Shown piece after piece: positions 40,290 through 47,164 of a stretch of DNA of 47,164 nt (its first letter is position 1; every line of letters starts with the position of its first letter). Under the pieces are notes generated by a model. That model worked only from the letters and a program-made list of their open reading frames with translations. It ran no database searches and was not told the DNA's origin. Position numbers and translations under genes: made by a program. This stretch comes from Fidelibacterota bacterium (GTDB taxonomy: Bacteria > Fidelibacterota > UBA2242), in the NCBI GenBank assembly GCA_021161185.1, contig JAGHBC010000011.1, positions 1-47,164 on the forward strand, in the 5' to 3' direction.

Positions 40290-42962
40290 ATGACTAAAGA
40301 GCAAAAATTTTATAAAGCACTTCAGGATGTTTTTATCGGTGCAAAAATCGAAGGTGAAGGCGGTTTTATCAATTTAATGCGAATAAAATCCGGCTATTAT
40401 TCGCAGATAGAAAAACTGCTCAAAGGCGATACTGAAAAAGCGCTGGAAAAATATCCCAAATTCAGGGAAGAGCTTTTTGACAAGCTGTATTATTTTTTCA
40501 GCCGTTACTTCACTGAAAGCGGATCCATTTATTTTAATTCCACCCCTTTCCATAACAACATTTACGAAAAAGTTTATACGGACGAAAAAGATGTCATTCT
40601 TTTTTGGAAAACGCAGATGCTCTACTATGTCAAAACCGACCGGATTTTTCGCTCCATGCCGGTAGAATTTGATGGTTTTAGGTTTTATTTTGACGCTTCA
40701 AATATTGAAAATAAGAAAGCCAACGAAAAACGCGCGCTTGTTTTTGAATTAAAGCAAGTCAGTGAAGATCCGCCTGCGCCAGGGCTTCGGCGGGCAGACG
40801 GGATAATTGATTTTACTGTGACATATTCTGAAAAAGGGCGCAAGACTAAAACAGACGAGATATTAAAAGCGCTAAAGAAGAACGGCGTCGCAATAAAAGA
40901 AGAAGAACTGGAAAAGGCTTTTCGCGTTTTTGGCAAGCAGTCTGAAGTGGACTTTTTCATAAATAAAAACGCCAAAGCATTTTTACAAGAGCAATTTAAA
41001 CTCTGGAGTTATCAATACTTTTGGGATGGAGCCAAAGAATGGTCTTCCGAAAGAGTGGATCAATTGCAAATTCTCAAAGATATTGCGTTTAAAATAATTG
41101 ATTTCATCTCCCAGTTCGAAGATGAGCTGGTAAAAATCTGGAATAAGCCTAAGTTTGTGAGAAACAGCAATTATGTGATTACGCTGGACAGGATTCTTTC
41201 CGCCTGTCATTCTGAGCGAAGCGAAAAATCTTATAAAGTTATTGAAAAAATACTTAAAGATCGAGGCATAAAAGAGCAGATAAAAGAGTGGCAAGAGCTC
41301 GGAATAGTTGATGACAAATTCAAAGTTGAAGATATTTTTGAAACCGATTTAACGGGAACGCATTTATCTAAAAAGTATGAGCATCTGCCGATTGACACAA
41401 AATATTTTAAGGATTTAGAACTTGAAATATTGGCGTTGTTTGATGATCTGGATAATCAATTGGACGGCTGGCTGATCAAAAGCGAAAATTATCAGGCGTT
41501 AAATACGATTCTGCCGAAGTTTAAAGAACGAATTAAGTGTATTCATATTGATCCACCGTATAACACAGAGACGAGTGGATTTTTGTATGTAAATACATAT
41601 CAGCATTCGAGCTGGCTAACCATGATGGAGAATCGAATACGAATAGGTTTTGAGCTAATATCACGTGACGGATCGTTCTTGTGTCACATTGACGAAAATG
41701 AATATGAACACCTACAACTGCTTTTTGAGCAATTTTCAGTCGCTAATGCCGGGACTGTCGTGTGGGATAAACGAAATCCGATGAATGCAGGCAGGGGTGT
41801 TGCCACACAGCACGAGTATATTATTTGGCGCTCAAGACAAGAAACGCCGATTTACTTACGGAATGATAGTATTCTTTTGATGTTAAAGGCGGCGGAAAAA
41901 ATAGTGCAAAAAAATGGCGGTGTAACAGAAAAAGCACAAAAAGAATATGCAGCATGGGTAAGTAGCAACCCGGAATTGACGGGTGGCGAAAAGGCATATC
42001 GCTTTTTGGATGAACAGGGACGCATTTATCAAAGTGTCAGTTTAAGAGCTCCCGAACCGCGAGTCGATCCAAAGTTTCACAAGCCTCTTATACACCCCGT
42101 TACAGGAAAGCCCTGCCCTGTTCCACCTAACGGCTTTTCACGTACTCCCGAAACACTTCAAAGAATGATGAAAAGAGGCGAGATTATGTTTGGAGAAGAT
42201 GAAACTATCCAACCTCGCCAAAAAGTCCAATTAACCGTGGAAACTAAAAGACAGATCTCTTCTGTAATTCAGGATGCCCGAAAGGGTAAGGCGGATCTTG
42301 ATCCGTTAGGGCTTGATTTTCCTTATTGCCACCCAGTTTCCCTATATGGAAAGCTTATTGGCGCTGCGAGCGCATCAACTGATGATATTGTGCTCGATTT
42401 CTTTGCCGGCAGTGGTACGACTGCACAAGCTGTTATAAATTTAAATCGCAAGGACGGCAAGAAGCGCAAATATATCTTAGTAGAAATGGGAAATTATTTT
42501 AATAACACAATTATACCTCGTGTAAAAAAGGTTGTTTTTAGCGACAATTGGAAAAATGGAAGAGCATACGAAGGAAAAGGTATTGGTCACTTTCTTAAAT
42601 ACTACGAGCTTGAGCAATATGAAGAAGCGCTGGCAAACTGCAAATATAAAGATGGGGATTTGTTTAGTGTTCCGGGAAAATCGCCTTATCAGGAATATGT
42701 CTTTATGAAAGACGAGAAGATGCTAAAGGCATTGGAAATTGATTATGAGAATAATAAAGTGACTGTGGATTTGGCGAAGCTATATCCGAATCTCTCGGCT
42801 CCGCTCGGGACAAGCATCGATATTGCCGAGACTTTGTCAAATCTTAGCGGAAAGTGGATCAAGCGGATTTCAGACTATGAAGTGGAATTTATTGACGGGA
42901 CCAGGATAAACACAAAAGAATTGGATTATAAACTTATTAAGCCGTTAATTTGGTGGGAGTAA
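40290..42962 (+). CDS. DNA methyltransferase, beta-class (N6-adenine/N4-cytosine family, Type III Mod-like) with ~400-aa unassigned N-terminal region
   Basis: The catalytic motif IV IHIDPPYN (DPPY at 41550-41561, aa 421-424) precedes the SAM motif I DFFAGSGTT (about 42399-42419, aa about 704-710). This IV-TRD-I order is that of beta-class and Type III Mod enzymes. I recognise no nuclease motif. Confidence 0.8.
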   Translation: MTKEQKFYKALQDVFIGAKIEGEGGFINLMRIKSGYYSQIEKLLKGDTEKALEKYPKFREELFDKLYYFFSRYFTESGSIYFNSTPFHNNIYEKVYTDEKDVILFWKTQMLYYVKTDRIFRSMPVEFDGFRFYFDASNIENKKANEKRALVFELKQVSEDPPAPGLRRADGIIDFTVTYSEKGRKTKTDEILKALKKNGVAIKEEELEKAFRVFGKQSEVDFFINKNAKAFLQEQFKLWSYQYFWDGAKEWSSERVDQLQILKDIAFKIIDFISQFEDELVKIWNKPKFVRNSNYVITLDRILSACHSERSEKSYKVIEKILKDRGIKEQIKEWQELGIVDDKFKVEDIFETDLTGTHLSKKYEHLPIDTKYFKDLELEILALFDDLDNQLDGWLIKSENYQALNTILPKFKERIKCIHIDPPYNTETSGFLYVNTYQHSSWLTMMENRIRIGFELISRDGSFLCHIDENEYEHLQLLFEQFSVANAGTVVWDKRNPMNAGRGVATQHEYIIWRSRQETPIYLRNDSILLMLKAAEKIVQKNGGVTEKAQKEYAAWVSSNPELTGGEKAYRFLDEQGRIYQSVSLRAPEPRVDPKFHKPLIHPVTGKPCPVPPNGFSRTPETLQRMMKRGEIMFGEDETIQPRQKVQLTVETKRQISSVIQDARKGKADLDPLGLDFPYCHPVSLYGKLIGAASASTDDIVLDFFAGSGTTAQAVINLNRKDGKKRKYILVEMGNYFNNTIIPRVKKVVFSDNWKNGRAYEGKGIGHFLKYYELEQYEEALANCKYKDGDLFSVPGKSPYQEYVFMKDEKMLKALEIDYENNKVTVDLAKLYPNLSAPLGTSIDIAETLSNLSGKWIKRISDYEVEFIDGTRINTKELDYKLIKPLIWWE

Positions 42963-42981
42963 ATTAAAAAGAGGTAGAAAA

Positions 42982-45672
42982 ATGAGCAATAAAAAATTAA
43001 ATAATTTATTCTCTGATGGCGCAAATTGGATAAAAGCAGATTTTCATTTGCACTCACCATTGGTCCATTCATTTACTTTGCCATCAGGGATTAATCTTAC
43101 TTCGCCAGATGCTTTAGAGCAACTTGCAGAAGATTATGTTGCTAAACTGAAAGAAACGCAAATTGAAATAGCGGCAATAACTGACTACCAGCAAATCCGT
43201 AAAGAATGGTTTGAATTGCTTCAAAAGGAAGCAGAAAAAGAAGATATTTTTATATTCCCCGGTATAGAACTTTCAATTAGTTATGGTAAGGGATTGCATA
43301 TACTTCTCATTTTCGATTATTATGAAAATATTGATGGAATAAATGACTACATAAAATCACTTGATAAAGAACCTCACAAATCATTACTAAATGCTGACCG
43401 AAGTCATAGAGATATTACTCTTCAAAAAGATTTGGCTGAAGTATTAAACGACATAAAAAGTACATTTCGGACTTTTATCATTTTTCCACATCCTGAAGAT
43501 AAAAACGGGCTTATTAAAGAATTTCAGCCCAAAGAAGCAGCCCAATTAATTAAACTGGCAGATGCAATAGAATATATAAGCGATGAAAGCAAAAACAAGA
43601 TCAATTCAACTGGAATAATCAATAATTCCTGGTGGGAAAATTTTTCCATCTTAGAAAACAGTGACCCCAAAAGCATTGATGAGATAGGTTGTAAAAAAAG
43701 AGGTGATAAGACAAGATGCACGTTCCTGAAACTAAGCAGCGTTTCTGTAAATGCTTTTAAAATTGCTTTACACGATCCGTCATTGCGGATAAGCATTTAT
43801 ACAAAGCCTGATTTTAAAAAAGATCGCATCGTATCAGTAAAAGTTGAAGGAAATGGATTCCTGAAAGATGTAGATATTAAATTCAACAAGGATTTAAACA
43901 CACTTATTGGCGGAAGAGGAGTTGGGAAATCAGCAATTGTAGAAACCATAAGATATTGTTTAGATCTTCCGGTTTACTCCGAAAAAAGTTTCAGAGAAGA
44001 CTTTGTAAAAAGTGTAGTGGGCAGCGGGGGTAAAATAGAGCTTAGCGTAGAAAGAGTTTTTGGTGACACACAACATTGCTATAAGATTAAAAGAATTATT
44101 GGTCAATTACCTGAAGTAGAGGATAGAGATATTCCACCCTTAGAACTATTCGAGGAAAAAACTCCTTTATTACTTGGGCAAAAAGAATTGTATGCACTGT
44201 CATTAGACGATATGTTTCAGCTTTCATTGATTGATGAATTAATCGGGGATGAAATAAAAAAAGAATCTAATGAATTCAAAAAATTACTTTTAAAATTAGA
44301 AGAAAATGCAACGCACCTTTTACAACTGCAGAGAAAAATAAATCAAAAAGAAGAAATTGAACAAAAGATAAAAACTATCAATGAGCACATCAAAACCTTT
44401 CAGGAACTTGGCGTAGTAGAAAAAATGGCGAAGCACACTGCTTTGATAGAAGACGATAAAAGTATTAATCGTTTTTACAAAGAATTCAAAAAGCAGATCG
44501 AAGAACTAAAAGAAAAATTTGAAGAATCTGTAAGTGTCTTAAAAAGTGAAGTTAATTTACTAAGTAATGGCAAAAGCATTGAAAAAAGTATTCTTGCCGA
44601 AGCTTCATGTTTGTTATCAGAGTTTAATTCTTATCTTGAAAATTTGAAAAATGATTTCACTCAAAAAACAAAAAAATATATAGACGAGTTTAATTTAATA
44701 ATAAACAAATGGCAGGAAAGCAAGAAAACATACGAAACCGAAATTAATGAAATAAAAAAAGAATTATCAGCGAAAGGATTAGCCCCAGATAGATATGAAG
44801 CACTTATCAAAGAGAAAGCTGGGTTAGAACCGTTATTGAAAGAATATGAAAAAATAAATGAACAAATTGAAGATTTACAAAAGGAGCGGGAAAAAATAAA
44901 ATCAGCGATTAAAGAAAAACGGCATCAGTTATTTACCGTAAGAAAAAATAAGATAGAAGAATTAAACAATAAATTAGTTGGCAGAATTCAGATGGAAGTG
45001 CTTTATCTTGCCAACCAAAGCGAATTTAGAGAATCTTTTAAAAATCTATTAAGCGGTTCCGGAGTTTCCAGAGATGCTATAGATAACATCATTGAGGGAG
45101 AAAAAGTCAACATAGATGGAATTGAATTATCCAGAGCAATTGCTGAAGGTATTGAAAAAATAAAGGAATTATTTAGCCTTACTGATGCGATGGCTAGTAG
45201 AACAATAAACTGGTTCAGTGAAAAAGAAAAATTATATGATCTGGAAAGGATTTTTCCAGATGATAAAATTGTAATCAAATTAAAAGTTGGTGATAGTTAT
45301 AGCGAACTATCCAAACTCTCTGTCGGCCAAAAAGCCACTGCTTTATTGATACTTTTATTTGCACAAGATGACCGAATATTGATTATTGATCAGCCGGAAG
45401 AAGATTTAGATAACAGGTTTATATATGAAGATGTTGTGAAAATATTAAGAGAAATTAAAAATAAAAGACAGATAATTTTAGTGACTCATAATGCCAACAT
45501 ACCTGTCTTAGGAGATGCAGATCAGACTATCGTTTTAGATGCATCAAGCGAAACCTGCAGAATAGTTGATTATGGTTCTATTGATAAAAAAATTATTACA
45601 GATAATATTAAATCTATAATGGAAGGTGGCGAAGAAGCCTTCAGTCGTAGAATAGAAAAATATGGAGTATAA
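42982..45672 (+). CDS. PHP-domain phosphoesterase fused to an SMC/Rad50-like ABC ATPase (PplA-like architecture)
   Basis: The N-terminus ADFHLHS (HxH, aa 22-24), AITDYQ, PGIELS and GLHILLIF form a PHP-like motif series. Walker A GGRGVGKS lies at 43909-43932 (aa 310-317). A K/E-rich coiled-coil of about 250-300 aa follows. The ABC signature-like LSVGQK (45316-45333), Walker B ILIIDQPEEDLD and H-loop VTHNANI complete the ATPase head. Confidence 0.75.
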   Translation: MSNKKLNNLFSDGANWIKADFHLHSPLVHSFTLPSGINLTSPDALEQLAEDYVAKLKETQIEIAAITDYQQIRKEWFELLQKEAEKEDIFIFPGIELSISYGKGLHILLIFDYYENIDGINDYIKSLDKEPHKSLLNADRSHRDITLQKDLAEVLNDIKSTFRTFIIFPHPEDKNGLIKEFQPKEAAQLIKLADAIEYISDESKNKINSTGIINNSWWENFSILENSDPKSIDEIGCKKRGDKTRCTFLKLSSVSVNAFKIALHDPSLRISIYTKPDFKKDRIVSVKVEGNGFLKDVDIKFNKDLNTLIGGRGVGKSAIVETIRYCLDLPVYSEKSFREDFVKSVVGSGGKIELSVERVFGDTQHCYKIKRIIGQLPEVEDRDIPPLELFEEKTPLLLGQKELYALSLDDMFQLSLIDELIGDEIKKESNEFKKLLLKLEENATHLLQLQRKINQKEEIEQKIKTINEHIKTFQELGVVEKMAKHTALIEDDKSINRFYKEFKKQIEELKEKFEESVSVLKSEVNLLSNGKSIEKSILAEASCLLSEFNSYLENLKNDFTQKTKKYIDEFNLIINKWQESKKTYETEINEIKKELSAKGLAPDRYEALIKEKAGLEPLLKEYEKINEQIEDLQKEREKIKSAIKEKRHQLFTVRKNKIEELNNKLVGRIQMEVLYLANQSEFRESFKNLLSGSGVSRDAIDNIIEGEKVNIDGIELSRAIAEGIEKIKELFSLTDAMASRTINWFSEKEKLYDLERIFPDDKIVIKLKVGDSYSELSKLSVGQKATALLILLFAQDDRILIIDQPEEDLDNRFIYEDVVKILREIKNKRQIILVTHNANIPVLGDADQTIVLDASSETCRIVDYGSIDKKIITDNIKSIMEGGEEAFSRRIEKYGV

Positions 45673-45674
45673 CT

Positions 45675-46826
45675 ATGAATGAATTGGAAATAAAAGAATT
45701 GATAGCCCGCGGAGAAGGTTATCATTTGAAGTTCAAGGAAGAAAACATATCTAACGAAGATTTAGCAAAAATATTGGTTTGCTTTGCCAATACCGATGGA
45801 GGAAAAATTCTCGTTGGAGTGGATGACAATGGGATTATTAAAGGGATAAGTGAATCTGACAGGATTATGTTAAGAATTGATGATATAGCCATCAATCGCT
45901 GTGAACCGCCTGTTACTATTTTGCAGGAGACAGCACTTGTGGATGATAAGACCATTCTCATTGTAAATGTGCCCAAGGGTAGTCAGCGTCCGTACAGAAC
46001 AAAAAGAGGTAATTATTATGTAAGATCATCCAATCGGTGTCGCCAGGCTTCCAGAGAAGAGTTGCTAAGAATATTTCAAGCATCAGAAAGTCTTTATTAT
46101 GATGAATTACCTGTTAGGCGTTCTGGTATGTCTGATTTGGACATTAACCGATTTAAAATTTTCTTAAAGGATTCACTTAACGTTAGTGTTAATAATAATG
46201 AAATTAAGAATTATCTTATAAATTTTCATTTGACAGCAATTGATAACACTCCTACCGTTACAGGGATTTTATTTTTTGGTGAAGCACCTCAGAAATTTTT
46301 GCCCGAGGCAAGGATTATATGCGCTTTTATCAATGGCAATGACTTATCCATACCTCCCGATGATAAAAAAGAAATTTCTGGCACTATACCCCAAATGGTA
46401 GATGACACAGAAAGATTTTTAAAAATCTACCTGAAAGAAAAGCACGAGATAAAGACTTTTGAGCCTGAAATAAAATTTGAAATTCCCCTTGAATCTCTGA
46501 GAGAAGCTGTATTTAATGCCATAGCACACAGAGATTATACAATTAACGCACCGATTAGAATTATAATTTTTTCGGATAGAATAGAAGTCCATAGTCCGGG
46601 CAAACTTCCTAATACAGTTACAATAGACAGTATTAAAATAGGAGGTTCTCATGTTCTTAGAAATCCAAGCATATATAATATCTTGGTTAAAATGGGCAAA
46701 GTAACCGATTTAGGAAGTGGAGTTAGAAGAATTATTAGATTGATACAGGAACACATTAAAAAAGAGGTTGACTTCAAAGAAACCGACAGTGAGTTTATTT
46801 TGATAATACCAAGAAAAAATAATTAG
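45675..46826 (+). CDS. AlbA_2 (Schlafen-type divergent AAA) domain protein with C-terminal HATPase_c_4-like domain
   Basis: The N-terminus ELIARGEGYHLKFKEE...LAKILVCFANTDGGKILVGVDDNGIIKGI is the classic AlbA_2 pattern. The C-terminus REAVFNAIAHRDY...IRIIIFSDRIEVHSPGKLP matches the HATPase_c_4 pattern. It starts 2 nt after the upstream stop. Confidence 0.75.
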   Translation: MNELEIKELIARGEGYHLKFKEENISNEDLAKILVCFANTDGGKILVGVDDNGIIKGISESDRIMLRIDDIAINRCEPPVTILQETALVDDKTILIVNVPKGSQRPYRTKRGNYYVRSSNRCRQASREELLRIFQASESLYYDELPVRRSGMSDLDINRFKIFLKDSLNVSVNNNEIKNYLINFHLTAIDNTPTVTGILFFGEAPQKFLPEARIICAFINGNDLSIPPDDKKEISGTIPQMVDDTERFLKIYLKEKHEIKTFEPEIKFEIPLESLREAVFNAIAHRDYTINAPIRIIIFSDRIEVHSPGKLPNTVTIDSIKIGGSHVLRNPSIYNILVKMGKVTDLGSGVRRIIRLIQEHIKKEVDFKETDSEFILIIPRKNN

Positions 46827-46864
46827 TAAATAAAATGTAATGAAATCTTCAATTTAGTAGTAAT

Positions 46865-47164
46865 ATGCGACTTTACTTACAAAACATCGTAGGCGATATT
46901 TCTTTCGATAGCCTACCTCCCAAATGGCAGAGTTTTGATCTGGCAAAATTTTCTCAAGACAAGATACTTTTTGATTTTCTAAAACAGGGGCTGCAAAATG
47001 CGTTAAAAGGGCTTTGGTTTTATTACATAGAGAAAAAAGGCCAAAAAGAATCTCTTTTTGAGCATTATCGGGCAAACGGGTATGCAGAAGATTTTGACTA
47101 TGATCTGGAAAAGAAAAAAGACGGTAAAACAATAAAATATATTTTAGAATACGATCAGGATTAT
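46865..47164 (+). CDS. Hypothetical protein, 5' partial (runs off the window); possible helicase/restriction partner of the cassette
   Basis: Exactly 100 stop-free codons run from the ATG at 46865 to the window end in an AT-rich stretch (MRLYLQNIVGDISFDSLPPKWQSF...FDFLKQGLQNALKGLWFYY...). The ORF is absent from the supplied track, presumably because it has no stop. No clear SD was seen, and the functional guess is weak. Confidence 0.5.
   Translation, partial: MRLYLQNIVGDISFDSLPPKWQSFDLAKFSQDKILFDFLKQGLQNALKGLWFYYIEKKGQKESLFEHYRANGYAEDFDYDLEKKKDGKTIKYILEYDQDY

Noticed and set aside
46854-47132. 92-aa minus-strand ORF at the window end
   Set aside because: It is antisense to a stop-free + strand frame that continues the cassette. 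No neighbouring minus-strand genes exist anywhere in the window.
1-47164. CRISPR arrays, integrases, transposases, IS ends, prophage genes, rRNA
   Set aside because: I found no regularly spaced direct repeats and no recombinase or transposase-like ORFs. The AT-rich cassette at 40-47 kb has no adjacent tRNA or integrase within the window, so its mode of acquisition cannot be inferred here.

Overview
This 47-kb bacterial chromosomal window has moderate G+C, and every credible gene is on the + strand. The source is probably an uncultured lineage, since many genes use TTG/GTG starts and a PorV-like outer-membrane gene is present; I cannot place it more precisely from sequence alone. Layout by coordinate: (1) 1-5.2 kb holds a secreted or degradative set: an amidohydrolase, a signal-peptide-bearing aminopeptidase C, a GH20 hexosaminidase and a small ACT-like protein. 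(2) 5.3-13.0 kb is a surface-glycan locus with a FemAB-like GNAT, a Wzx flippase, four glycosyltransferases and an AT-rich polysaccharide deacetylase. (3) 13.1-14.1 kb is a decayed L,D-transpeptidase gene with three frame breaks. (4) 14.3-40.0 kb is ordinary housekeeping: secDF, purA, ruvB, queA, ispD/ispF/ispE, dedA, gltX, tRNA-Gln, prs, ctc, pth, membrane pyrophosphatase, rpsF-rpsR-rplI, priA, an envelope trio, a 2TM-RCK K+ channel coupled to a stand-alone cNMP-binding protein, and valS. (5) 40.3-47.2 kb is a visibly more AT-rich, tightly packed cassette that looks like a defence island. It encodes an 890-aa beta-class DNA methyltransferase with a long unassigned N-terminus, an 896-aa PHP-phosphoesterase/Rad50-like ABC ATPase fusion, an AlbA_2 (Schlafen-type)/HATPase_c_4 protein, and a fourth ORF that runs off the window. 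This cassette is the best candidate for an unusual or undescribed system. All family assignments rest on motifs read by eye. No database search was run.
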